From the human T2T-CHM13v2.0 reference genome, Homo sapiens, in contig CP068257.2 in the NCBI GenBank assembly GCA_009914755.4, forward strand, positions 17,600,001 to 17,664,000: DNA of 64,000 nt, read 5' to 3'. The number at the start of each line of letters is the position of its first letter. The stretch's first letter is position 1. The position numbers and the translations under genes are program-made. This document shows, piece by piece, positions 11,798-24,880 of the stretch. A model generated the notes under the pieces. That model had not been told where the DNA came from. It did no database searches and was given only the letters and a program-made list of their open reading frames with translations.

Positions 11798-13091
11798 GGT
11801 ATGGGGTAAATGGTAAGATTTACCCCAAACTCACCAGTAATGGTATGATCTTGGTAGAATCAGGAACACTTATTACATCATGCATTATATACATTAATCA
11901 GTAGAGTGTAAGATGCACATTTCTTCTATATTTTTGGAATATCAATTGCAACATCATGAACTATCATAAACTAGCACACACATTTTTTTCTCATATAGGT
12001 TCAGTGATGATTACTAAGTAGATATAATAATTTGGTTATTATTAGCTCTTCTGAGCAAATTTGTTAGGAATAGATCCTTAATTTCCATCTTCAAGCATAA
12101 TCATCTTATCAATGGCAAAACAACAACAGTGAAACTGACTTTACGGAGTTGGAATCTAGGTTCCAGCCAACTGAAGACCACAACCAATTCCACCCTACTC
12201 TGCTCCATTTAGCACAAATACAATACATCGAGTCCTGTAGAATTGTGTGAAAAAAAATGAGTAGTTTTGGAGCAGCCTGCCTCTGTACCTACCTACCTTA
12301 GCAAATAGCAGTAAATTACCACAGATTCATTATCAATGGTAGTAAATGGATCCACAGATCCATTCCCATTAATCACATTCTCCCCACTGATTTGCTTTAC
12401 AAAGGCTAAGAGAAGGTGGAGTCTTTGCCATTTGCAGAGATTGAGGGACTAGTACATAAGTGATTATTCATTTTTTGCCTTATTACTATTGTAGACAGAA
12501 AGACAGTATGTGCTTTACAAATTTAGTAGATTGAAAACTTGTTAGGTAAAAATCCAGTTAATTGTACACTAAATTAACACAGCTAGTTAAAACTCAGATG
12601 AAGTCCTTTTTTGAAGTCCTCCTACCTTTTGCTATCCTAGTTGTTGTCTTCTCTGTCCTTAGCTTTTTGTTCATGCACTTACTGTTACTTACATTATATT
12701 GTATGATAATTTATCTTCCTATATAGCTTTCCCTTTCACGAGACATTTAGTTCCTCTAAAATATCAATATGTCACAACCTAGCACATAAAAAGTAACCAG
12801 GGCATATTGACCAGTTTTGAGAGAATGAATAAATATGTATGTTAAGGATGATATCTCCAGTTCTAATAATTAACATTATCATTTTTCTTCAGTTGTGGGC
12901 TATTTATATGCATCAATGTGGCCAACTTCTTAATTATACGTCTGATTGCTTTGGGGGATAAATGCTTTCTGTGTCCCTAATTTTACATATTTGGACCTCC
13001 AAGGGGGTAATTAATGGCATCAACTCTATTATCGTGTCACAGATAACTGGTGTTCATGTTAAATTTTCTAGAGGAGACTTCTAAGAGAAGG

Positions 13092-13111
13092 TATATATAT
13101 ATATATATATA
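13092..13111. repeat. (TA)n microsatellite
   Basis: tatatatatatatatatata run. Confidence 0.8.
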
Positions 13112-14415
13112 CTCATATATGCTTTTGAAATCACTTAATGAAGAGAGAACACGTTTATTATGAGAATTTTCCAAAACTAATAATTAGTGAAAGATAATGG
13201 ATGCAAGTATGTACATATACTACAAGTATTTGCAAGAATCTGAAATTTTGAATTTCATAGTATCAGCTCCTCATCACAAACTAAGATAAATATATAAGCA
13301 TATTCTGTGTCTTACCCAAATGTGTGCCAATTGTACGTAAGGTACAAAAACAGTTCTTGTGCATGGCTATATTTCCTAATGCTAATAATCTCTGAGAATC
13401 TCAATAGTAAAAGTGTTTATTGTAAGACCATCATTATATAAAGAAAAACAAAAAGAAACAAAGAAAAGAAAAGTAAGATACAGAAGCCATCCTTGTTATT
13501 TGAAAGAAGAAACAGAAATAAATCAACACCAAATAGTTCATACGCTGTAATATTAAGGAAAGTTGGGACTTGAATTTAAGTAGACAAATATAGTGTATTT
13601 CACTGTTCCTGAAAAAAGAGAAACAGAATATGATCTACATCTACTGCTTGCCATATGTCTCCACATTTCCCCTGATTTTTGGATAGTAAGCTAAATCTAA
13701 TAAGAAGAGCACAAAGAGGTAAATGACAAAGGTGAGCTAAAGCATTTGGCAGCATTTAAACAACATAATACAGGCTGTACTTACATCTGCCTTTGTGAAG
13801 ATAAAAGGATGTTGTACTGGAAAACCATTCTAATTTTAGTAACTACCTCTATAAAACTGCAAGCAAATAATTTGCAAACAGCAGATAGTTCCATGATTTG
13901 CTCTAGGAGCAACTGTGTCTTAAGCAACTGATTTCCTTTTTGGTTTTCCCTTAGCTCGAGAATCTTAATTGTTACAACTTTATGGGGAGTTTGGCCCTCA
14001 GTAGTTAAGATCATATTCATGCTTTTTTAGTTTGCTCTCTCTTAACACATTAAAATTGACCATTAAATTGTAGACAACATGTGACTTACAAGCCCTTTGA
14101 ATGTATAACTTAATGCAAGTATTGTGTTCTTATCATTTTGGTGTATAATAAATGACTTCATATGCTCTATACTTCATAAATAAAAGTACCTGGCTACTGC
14201 ACGTCTCCATCTAGGCTAAAGGGAAACTTGTATATTCCTTTCTTATTCATAACATGTAATACAACATCAGAAAATGTGACATAATGAAATCATAAAAATA
14301 GTCTTAGTGTAACAACATACACACTAAATGCCTCCTCAGCAAGCATTTTAGTTATTGCTATTTTCATTATTAGAATATTTAAAATTTAGCCATTTCTCAA
14401 ACTAATCTGCAGTTT

Positions 14416-14435
14416 TATATATATATATATATATA
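14416..14435. repeat. (TA)n microsatellite
   Basis: tatatatatatatatatata run. Confidence 0.8.
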
Positions 14436-17400
14436 CTACAGTTCCTTGATAATTTTATCCATCTTTGAACTTCACCATTTCATATACACATATGCCAAAA
14501 TTATGTATATACATATATGTACATATATGATACATAGTTATATATAATTTAACAAAAATATAATTTTGAAGTTTGAAATAAGAAGAGGTTAATATATTTT
14601 AAAATAGGTGGGATCATCAGATAGATACATCTACAGATATTCACATAAGCAAAATATCTTTCATAGCTATTCCAAGACAGTTATTATGTTGTACAGCTTG
14701 GATGTAGAAGTGTGTGGCACAAAATAAAGAGAACAAATTATGAGATAAGATACGTATTTCATTATAAGGATAATAATTTTATTGTAAACTTGCTAATATG
14801 TATTATACTATAGCAATTACCTAAATGTACATGTATGTCATTAAAATAACTATGACATTTTAAGCATTTCTATTAAATAACATTCCAAAGTTAGAGTTAA
14901 TGAGTAATTTACACTAATCCTATAAATACAGAATAAATAGTAGTCCATATTAATAAAAGGATATAATCAATATTGTTCTCTAGATTTGAATAATAAAATA
15001 TGAACATAAGATTGTCTTCCAGTGAAACATTCAACCTTGTCTCTGCCTCTCCTCCAGGAATTTCATGTCTCTCCTTTCCTATGAATACTCAAGATTTTTA
15101 AAGACTAAGCTATACACAGCCACCTCCTTAATATCATATACTGATAGTAGAGAGTAAATTTATTTGGATCCTGATTCGCCATATTCACTGAAGTTGAATA
15201 AACATATATCCATTTAGCCAATGGTTCTACTTATAGATGGATTTCATCTGTTCACTTTTTTTCTTATATTTTTTCCTAACTTTTAAAACAAGTTTTTGGA
15301 TTGCAAGCTACTTTTGGATGGGTCTTATTAGGATTTGATCACACCATTTATATTAATAACGTAGCACATCAACTGACACATAATGAGAACTGAATAAATG
15401 TAATTCTTTTTTATTCTGGGCCTAAATATTGTTTAAATAAGCAGGGAAAAACTAAAGTTGAATTTTTAAAAATAATTCTTTGGTTTTACTGTTATGATAA
15501 TTTTCCACATGGGATAGGCTGGTATTTAGCTCCTACTCAGGACTGGTCTTCTTTGGGCAAGTTTTCACATTAGTTTATCACTTTTGTAATCACTATTTAT
15601 GCACAAAGTTGCAACGATATTACGATTGTCTCTTCAGAGTGAGAATTTTGATAAAGTCTAATAAAAACCCATACTTCCTCTGAGATTTTCAGAAAATCCA
15701 CTATGATATTCCCTTTATGCCTGCTGGTTCTGGATAGTGTATTTGACTTAGTATGGCCCCAGCAGAGACTATTATGAGACTTTTATTTGTTGCTTGTGGA
15801 AAAAGCTCTTTTTTGTGCACGATGATCAGTATGTATATGAGCCCAAGACTGTTGAAGAAAATTTGCTAAAGTAAGAAATAAAGGAAAGATGAAGGATGCA
15901 GAGCTCAGAGATCTGGAGAGAAAGAAAAGCCTTGGGTTCTTATTAAATAATGTAACTGAAGCCTGGCCAGTCTACTGACTTTTAATTTACCGAACTTCAT
16001 AAATTCTCTTTTTAATTTTAGTCAGTTTTATATTTTTTCAAACAATCATGCCCCCTTAATTGTGAAGTCTGATCCACGTTATATAATGTGTTGAATATCT
16101 CAAAATATGGAAAATATGAATATACATCCTCCAAACTTCTGAGTTACTGCTACAATTCCCATTTTTTTTTAATGTGAGTAAACTCATCCCTGGAGTAGTT
16201 ATATGAATTTTCTCAAAGTAGTTGTTCACTGTTGAATACCAAATTTGACACAAAAACAGTCTCCAGTCTTATATAATTTTAATTTTTATAAGAGAGACAA
16301 CCTCATGAAAAACACCAATACACACTTTGTGTTGTGTGGATTATGACGCCAAAATAATCACTACCATTCTGAACTCTGTAATCTCCCTCACCTATTAATT
16401 TGGCTATTTCTTGCCCAATTTTAGACAATATTCTTTCTTCATAAAATGATTTCATATCAGTTAGACCTAGATCCTGCTCATTTTCCCAAAATTTTCTTTA
16501 TTTTTATTTTGTTTTGTTGGTCCAGCTACATCAATTTTTCATTCAAAAATACATGTAGACAAAATTGTAACTAAAAGGTCATCAATTTTAATGACTAATT
16601 TGGCAAAAACTGATATCTTACAAAAATTGCCTTAAGCTCCAGAGTCTGCACTAGATTGAGAATTAGTGTTAGCCAAGGACACTGCTAGAGAGGAGATGGG
16701 TGAATGGGCACTGAGATGATGGCTAAGGCCCAAAGCACACTGTTCTTGCCTTACTGCCAGGGGGATATTGACAAGCTTGACAAGAACAAGTGCATGGACA
16801 AAAACAGAAGGCAGTGGTGAAGGCAGCGGTGGCTGCTACATCAGTAAAGCTCTTGGCTTATTATTAGTCGGCCAGCTGTTAAACTATTTTCTTTCAACTC
16901 TAAACCTGATGATCTATACCCTACTTTTTGATGCCAGGGATGGGACTTTGCAAACTGTCTTTCTTCTTTGCCAGCTGGCTTCTCCTTAGGTTATGCAAAT
17001 AGAGAACAATGGAGAGAGTTTGGAGGGACAGGAGGCAGGAGGAGGGACAGGAGCTTTCTCCTTCCTGTCTGCATTCTTCTCTTGTCAGTGGCTCTTCAGA
17101 AGCACTCTTCACTCTGGCAGTGGCAGTTGGCTTTATTATCTAGCTTATTTTGGTCTTTTCAATATCAGCCTTACTACTCCCCTTCAGAAGTCTGGACTGT
17201 AGCTGTCAGCTCAGAAGTAAGACTCCCAGATGCATAGGACACTCTACGCTGCTGAGGTGCAGCTATATCTTGGACAAACGTGCCCAGGGGTTATTGATAT
17301 GATTCTTATTTCTTGATAACATTTTCCATCAAGTTTTAATTCTACTTCTAGTTGAACACATACACACACATACACACATGCATACATAATACATACAGGT

Positions 17401-17464
17401 GATCTTCAAATATGTCACTTTGTTCAATGTCATCTTATTATAATGTTGAAGAGAAAAGAAATTG

Positions 17465-17760
17465 ATTCCCAGCTGGAGCTACAGTGTGTGTGGAGTTTGC
17501 ATGTTCTTCCCATGTCTGTGCAGGTTTGCTCTGCGTATTCTGGCTTCCTCCCACTTTCCAAAGATGTGCATATCAGGTTCATTGGAGTGTGTACATTGTG
17601 CCATAACAATGTAGGATGAGTGAGTCTGGGTGTGGGTGTGAGGGCACCTGCCATGGGATGGAGTTCTGACCTGCACTTGTTACTGCCTTGCATCCTGAGC
17701 TGTCCAGATACGCTCTGGCCACCTGCGACCTTGAGCTAGAATACATGAATAAATCATGAT
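17465..17760 (+). mobile_element. Ancient SINE-like element resembling the conserved central domain of V-SINE/DANA-type fish SINEs
   Basis: gtgtggagtttgcatgttcttccc...cttcctcccactttccaaagatgtgcatatcaggttcattgg...cctgcgaccttgagctagaatacatgaataaatcatg parallels, block for block, the remembered teleost SINE core gtgtggagtttgcatgttctccccgtg...tttcctcccacagtccaaagacatgcaggttaggttaattgg...cctgcgaccctgtagaacaggataaagcggctagagataatg. The assignment rests on memory and is not verified. Confidence 0.35.
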
Positions 17761-17994
17761 CTTAATTTGTATTTATCTGTCTTAAATGTATGTACAGGTT
17801 ACATTCATTTTAATGTTTAATATTAGTAGTGTTTTGTTATCTATTTAGAAGTGTATAGATGTTTTTGTGACTACAAGTATGCCAAGGGAACTTAGCCCTT
17901 GATTATATCAATTAGCCTATGAAAAAAATTGGTTTTGTTATATGCTGTTTTGCTTGAAATCAAAGTTCTCGTATCTATTGTAGAGGTTGTGAGG

Positions 17995-18274
17995 ATTTAC
18001 TATATATATATGTAAATATGATATATTTTGCATAATATATGTATTATATAATATAAACTAAATATATTAATATAAACTATATAATATATAAAATTATAAA
18101 ATATATTATATTTCATATAATTTTAATTGTAATGCATAATTATATGAAATACAATTATAATTAAATATAACGTGTAAATATTATATATTATATACTTCTA
18201 ATAATTATATAATATAAAATATATTGTATATATGAATACAATATATTTTATGTATGTGTGCACATATTAATACA
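17995..18274. repeat. AT-rich low-complexity / degenerate (TATAA/TATAT) block
   Basis: Long run of tatata/ataata/aatata motifs, essentially no G or C. Confidence 0.75.
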
Positions 18275-18600
18275 TGTATTAGTCCATTCAGGCTGCCACA
18301 ACAAAATAGTTTAGATTGGGAAGCTCAGATATTACAGAAATGTATTTCTCACAGTTCTCGAGGCTAGAAAATCCTAGGTAAGTTGCCGGCAGATTTGATG
18401 TCTGGTGAGGGCCTTCTTGCTTCATAGATAGAGGTCTTCTCACTGTAACCTCACATGGCAGAAGGGACAAATGAGTTCCCTTGGACTCTTTATGAGGACT
18501 CCATATCCATGACCTAATCTTTTCCCCGAAAGCCTTCACTCCAAAGATCATCACTTCGGGGTTAAGATTTTAACATATGAATTTTGAGGAGAAAGAAGTA
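18275..18600 (-). mobile_element. MaLR solo LTR (MLT1/MST-like), antisense
   Basis: tgtattagtccattc...ctgccacaacaaaata...tctcacagttctcgaggctag...ggtgagggccttcttgcttcatagatag...ctcacatggcagaagg...ttaagattttaacatatgaattttgagg is the reverse complement of the MaLR LTR consensus architecture. Confidence 0.65.
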
Positions 18601-18639
18601 TTCAGAATATTCAAGTAACATATGTATGTATAAATTCAA

Positions 18640-18900
18640 ATAAATATCATGTGCACACACACAATATATATAAACATATATGTTTATACATATATTTATA
18701 TATAAATATATAGACATATATATAAATATATAGACATATATATTTATAGATATAGCATGTTCATATTTATTTGAATTTATATATAAATATAAACTTTATT
18801 CACATTTGAATATTTACATTTATTTGTTCATAGTATTTACTTGAATAATACTTGAATTCAATTATTTTTTATATGTGTACATATATATATAGTGTGTGTG
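18640..18900. repeat. AT-rich degenerate tandem repeat (about 22-70 bp units such as tatataaatatatagacatata and tatttatttgaat)
   Basis: tatataaatatatagacatata occurs twice in tandem at 18694-18740. Related tatttatttgaat / tatttacttgaat / tatttatttgaat motifs recur downstream. Confidence 0.6.
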
Positions 18901-20140
18901 TTCATAATATTTATTTGAATTTTTTTCATGCTGTTTAGACCCTCTATTATATTTGAACTAAGGTTAAGAATCAATGTTTTTCAGTTTAATTTGTAGCTAT
19001 AGTATACTTAACATATAGCCCACAAGAATTTTGAACCATAGAAGAACTTAATATGTTTTCAGAAGTTTTCATGGATAAGACAAATAATATGACAGAAATG
19101 AGAAAATGCAGCCACAGGAAATTTTCTTAAACATTGTATTCCAAAGCATGAAGAACATTTCTAATGATGACATAGGTTATCCAGAGAACGGCCAAAAGAA
19201 AATTCAAACTACAAGAATAACATCCACTTACTAGCCTTCTATTTTGGAAATTATATTATTATATAAACCAGTGCCAAGTAAAATAGAATTATATATATTT
19301 TATTAGGTACAGTTGTGTGAGTTTTATTTAGACTTTCCAACATAATTTTATAAGTTGCAGTCATTTTTCAACCTAAGGAATAATACAATAAATACAACTA
19401 AAGTTCTTGAAGGGATAGAGTTATCTTATGAATAGAATTTATATGTATCATTGTAGACAAATAAATTAAGCTAATGATCTAGCATTGGACTGATGAGGGG
19501 AATTAAACGCAATAATCAAGGGTGTAGAATTAATATGCAGAGTTGCTGTCTATCTGAAATGTCTAAGAGGTAGGATTTGTGTCTTTTTTATATTCCCCAT
19601 AGCAGTCTTATATGTATAAAACAAAGCAATGACTTCCTCTGTCGCACCAGCTGTATGTACCCCTTGATGTTATAAAAGAGATTGGCTTATCATCTAAGGC
19701 CCTTTCATGATTAATGAGAGAGGGAAAGAAAATGAGCTAATGATTTAAAAATAAAACGGTGGTTTAAGGTAAAAATAAAATTTTACATCAGGAAAAAGGG
19801 AATGAATTGTCCCAGGGGAATGAAATACCAATGATTTCTCCCACTATACTGAGTATTAAATTCATAAAGACATACACTGCTGGTCAGGTGATATGCTAGT
19901 TGCTCAATGGTTTTACTTTCACTGGTTACCATCTTCAGAAGACACATGGATATGACAAGGATAAATATGGATTCATACACACACGCACTGATAAAACTTC
20001 AGAGTTTATTGAACATAATAATTCAGCAGCACAACTCTGTCAACAACTACATCCAAAAAGACACAAGTAATTTTGTCCAGGCTATCAAGACATGAAGAGA
20101 ATGTAAGAAAAAAAAAGGAAAAACAGAAGTTTCCAACCAA

Positions 20141-20142
<2 letters not shown>

Positions 20143-20193
<51 letters not shown>
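20143..20193. repeat. (AC)n microsatellite, about 25 units
   Basis: Perfect acacac... run. The ORF-track poly-CV / poly-HT peptides come from this repeat. Confidence 0.95.
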
Positions 20194-20197
<4 letters not shown>

Positions 20198-21209
20198 TTC
20201 TACCATCAAAAGCTTTGAACTAGAACTAGGCAGCGATTTCCTGATTAATGGGCTGTGTAATGAAAGAGATGCTTGAGGGTGACCTTTTCCAATCTATATA
20301 ACACGAACTGTAGTCACTTAGGTGCCCCACAGAAGTGTTTTCAGGGCAAAACGTTTTCAGAAAAAAAAAGTATTCTTTATGAAAGAACTAGACTATTGTC
20401 TCGGTAATTTTTAAGAGATACTATACCAGTTCATTTTAAATATTATATAATTTTAAATAAGTACTAAAAATATGCTATGTTATTTAATCTTTAAAAAACC
20501 ATAAACTTTATTTTTAAAAGTTTAAATAATAAAAAAGGGAAAAATATATGGGAAGAAATGTTTGAATTGCAGATTTACATGTTCTTATTTTTTTCGGTAC
20601 AGAATCAATTGTATTTTACCTTTCTTAAGATGAAGATAGAAAGGGATGTTGACTGACATACAATAGCAGGTAATCAGAGATATCCAGAAAATTTTATCAA
20701 TAACAAAAATTTTGACAATAAGACTTTTTTTCCAACAAAACTATTAAGAGTAATTTTACATTTATAGGTAATTTTCAAACTCCTCCATCATCAATTATCT
20801 ATATCGCACCTAACACCATGGTCTTCTCAATGCTCCCCAATGCCACCTACAGGCACAAAAAACAGACTTAAAAAGGACATTAAGAAATTGATATGATTAG
20901 AAATCATTCTTATTTTAAAGTTTTTTTCCTTAATTCTTTTGTATCAGAAAAAAAAGCAAGTCTTTCTTTGTCATCCATTGGCTAGAAGCCTTCAAAATTT
21001 TGAAAGCAAATACAATTTCTAAGAATGCCAGGAGAAAATAAGGCTTTGAATCTATAGAGTAAATAAGAAAGCGCCACAGCCTACTTTCTGGAAGTATGTT
21101 CTAGGCTGAATTGCGTCCTCCAAATACTGACATTCAAATCCCAAATAACTCATAATGTGACCTTGTTTTGAAATAGGGCCATTGTACATGTAATTGTCAA
21201 GTCCATTAG

Positions 21210-21615
<406 letters not shown>

Positions 21616-22130
21616 TAATGTGTTTAAAAGCCAAGGAATGCCAAACTGCCAGCATATCTCAAAAAGCAAAGAGGAAGAACTGGAACAGATTTTTTCCTAG
21701 TGCCTTTAAACAGAGAATGGCCCTGCCAACATCTTGACCTCAGGCTTCTAGCCTCCAGAACTGTGAAACAATACACTTGTGTTGCTTAAGCCAGTAAATT
21801 TATCGTACTTTGTCACAGCATCCCTAGGCAACCAATACAAAGTGTGATGTCATGGAGGTCACCTGCCTCTGCTGAGTGCAGACAGCAAGGGTTCTCTTTT
21901 GATGGCACTAAAACACACACAACCTTCATGCCAATCATATTCAGTATCCTGTGGGGCAAGAAAGCTAAGCGATCTTAACATAGTAAGACTAAATTTAATA
22001 TTCCATACCCATTAGATTAGACTTTATTAGAAACAATGTAAAAATAACTAAGTATAAAAAACAAATTCAGAGCATAAGTAGGAATTAAATCAGTAATATT
22101 AAATTAGTCTGCTTAAGAGAAAAAATGAAC

Positions 22131-22240
22131 ATAGAGTAGTAACATAAATGAAACAGTATAGTAACATAAATGAAACAAAGTATAGTAACATAAATAAAAC
22201 ATAGTTTAGTAACATAAATGAAGTATAGTACAGTAACAAT
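22131..22240. repeat. Minisatellite, about 4.5 copies of a 23-bp unit (agtatagtaacataaatgaaaca)
   Basis: atagagtagtaacataaatgaaac / agtatagtaacataaatgaaaca / aagtatagtaacataaataaaac / atagtttagtaacataaatgaagt / atagtacagtaacaa. Confidence 0.85.
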
Positions 22241-23235
22241 TTGGACCTCAAGTTATTTTATTAGCTAAAGAGGATTTATTTCTTTTTAATTTTAAATGTG
22301 TGATGTTTAATGACAATAAAAATAACAATAAAATTAATAGAAATTGTATTTGTATTCAAAATCCAGCCAGACACTTAAATCGCAAAACCAGTTCCTCTCC
22401 TGTTAAAAATTGTTTTTGACACTGGTATTCCACCATATAGTAAAACATAAACTGAAAGTTTTGTATTTATTTTTAAATAAATATAAGGCTGCTTTTAATT
22501 TATTTATTAATGTGGCATATAAACTGTTTTTTAAAAAAGATTAAATTACATAGCAAATATTGGAAATGGCTTGCTCTTGTTTAATAGAGCTCAGAGTATT
22601 TTGCAAAATTAAAGTGTTGAATAACCCCATGTTCTGGGAGTGTATTACAGTTTCAGAGAAGACAGCATCTTTAATCTGCTGTGGTGCGGAAAGTGCTTCA
22701 ATTCCACTTGGGGACTTTAATTCATACGTATGTCAGCATTGTCAATTAATGCTGACATTTGGTAACATGATTATAAATACGATTTACATATTCTATTATT
22801 TTTTCATTGTTATCAATAGAATAGCTTACTATTCAAATTGTTATTTTCCTGTTTTTAAGACAGGAAGAAGCCTCATTGTTATAGTAGCAGATATTTCAGA
22901 AAAAAAAAATAAGACTGCATTATACACACTCATTGATCTAATTGATTTTTCTTTCAGAAATGTAAAAGTGTGAAAAATGTACATATTAGAAATAAGAAAA
23001 TGTGGCAATAAGAAAAGAAACGGTGTCTTTTCATGATAGTTTCTTTTTTATTACACATTAAGAAAAATCAAATAGGAAAAGCTTGAGGAAAATCTCCAAA
23101 ATAAATACTTGGTGAACTATTTCTCTCTCCTTGGTCCCCACCACATATTCTTTAATTTTATTTACTTTTTGTTCCTCCAGTCAAACTCCCGCTGTGAGGC
23201 AACAAATAAACTATAAGACTATGAGGAAAGTGCTA

Positions 23236-23655
23236 TGGAATATGGTTTGTTGGTCCCCACCAAAACTCATGTTGAAAATTAGTCCCAATGTGATAATGTT
23301 AGTTAGTGGGGCCTAGTGGGAGATTTGTAAGTAAAGGAGGCTGATCCCTCATGAATGACTTGATGCTGTTCTTGCGGTAGTGAATGAGTTCTCGCTGTTG
23401 CGAGATTGGATTATCTTGGGAATGGATGAGTTCCTGTGATAGCGTGCTGTTACACAGCCAGGACATCCTTCAAGGTTTTCCCTCTTCACTCATCTGCTTC
23501 TTTTCTGACCTTCTTTCCCATCCAGTGATGCAGCATGAAAGTCCCCGCCAGAACCCAGGGTCATGCCCTTGATCTTCTCAGCCTGCAGAACTGCAAGCTA
23601 AATAAACCTCTTTTATTTATAAATTACCCAGTCTCAGATATTCTTTCATAGCAAC
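23236..23655 (+). mobile_element. MaLR solo LTR (MST/MLT1-like)
   Basis: tatggtttgttggtccccaccaaaactcatgttgaaa...tgtgataatgttagttagtggggcctagtgggag...ctcatgaatgacttgatgc...cttctcagcctgcagaactgcaagctaaataaacctcttttatttataaattacccagtctcagatattctttcatagcaacacaaaacggactaagaca follows the THE1/MST LTR architecture, including the diagnostic 3' end. Confidence 0.7.
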
Positions 23656-23836
23656 ACAAAACGGACTAAGACAGGAAGCAAACACAACTGCATTTTTTTA
23701 AGCAACAGTAAAGTATTTGGAGTTTTAACAAGAAACTGTGGAATACTTACTTTCCTTCTTTTGAGATCCTAGATCACTTTTATCATTTAAGGTGGGGAAC
23801 ATGTAGCTCCACTTTGTTTCACTTGGTTTTCAAATT

Positions 23837-23866
23837 CTGTGTGTGTGTGTATGTGTGTGTGTGTGT
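23837..23866. repeat. (GT)n microsatellite (one interruption)
   Basis: tgtgtgtgtgtgtatgtgtgtgtgtgtgtg. Confidence 0.9.
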
Positions 23867-24104
23867 TTACATCAGGGAATATATAAGAAAACAGTAGTCG
23901 CTCTCAATGACTCAGAATTATACAGGCAATATAATTGTGAGTTTCTTTCTAGTATTAACCTATTACCAAAGAAACACAGATTTATCTGTCTTATTTGGAA
24001 GGGAAGGTAAAAATATTTGCTACAAATACGTATCTATATATTTACATGGCATCATACTATCTCAGTCAATATTATTATTATCATCATCATCATCATTATT
24101 TTTA

Positions 24105-24880
24105 CATTAAGTTTCACTTTTGATGTTGTACATATTCTGTGGGTTTGGACAAATGTATAATGACATGTATCTGTCATTACATTGTTATGCAGAGTATTTT
24201 CAGTGCTCTAAAATTTCTTTGTACTCTGCCTAATTATTCCTTCTTCCCCCTCACCTCCTGGTACTCACTGTTCTATTTACCATAGTTTTGACTATTCCAT
24301 AATGTCATATCTTTGGAATCATAAATATGAAGCCTTTTCAGATTGGCTTCCTTCACTAAGTAACATGCATGTAAGTTTCCTCCATGTTTTTTCATTGCTT
24401 GATAGCTCATTTAATTTTAGTGCTGAATAATATTTCATTATTGACCCATTCTGCCACAGTTTATCCATTCACGTACTGAAGGACATCTTGATTGCTTGTA
24501 AGTTTCGGCAATCATGAATAAAGCTGCTAGAAACATCCATGTGCAGGATTTTAGGTGGGCATACATTTTTAACTCCTTTGGATAAATACCAAGGTCCAAT
24601 CATATGGTAAGAGTGTATTTAGTTTTATAAGTAACTTCCAAACTCTCTTCCAAAGTGGTTATAACGTTTCACATTTTTCCAGCAAAGAACGATTGTTCTT
24701 TCTGTTCTACATCCTCACTAGCACTTGGTGTTGTCACTGTCTTGGATATGGACCATTCTAATAAACATGGAGTGGTATCTCATTGTTGTTTGAGTGTGCA
24801 TTTCTCCAATGGTGTAAAATGTTGAGCATCTTTTCATATGCTTATTTACCACCTGTATATCTTTGGTGAGGAATATTTTT
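24105..24880 (-). mobile_element. L1M-type 3'UTR / ORF2-end fragment, antisense
   Basis: gttgtacatattctgtgggtttggacaaatgtataatgacatgtatctgtcattacattgttatgcagagtattttcagtgctctaaaatt...cagattggcttccttcactaagtaacatgcatgtaagtttcctccatg...gctgaataatatttcattat...ggtatctcattgttgtttgagtgtgcatttctcc...gagcatcttttcatatgcttatttaccacctgtatatctttggtgagg matches the antisense L1M 3'-end consensus. Confidence 0.7.

Noticed and set aside
20006-20276. ORFs encoding poly-(Cys-Val) and poly-(His-Thr) peptides
   Set aside because: They are the two strands of an (AC)25 microsatellite read in frame. This is a repeat artefact.
22131-22240. CRISPR-like array (regular 23-bp repeats)
   Set aside because: It is a direct tandem minisatellite with no unique spacers between repeats, sits in a primate genome, and has no cas genes. 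It is not a CRISPR.
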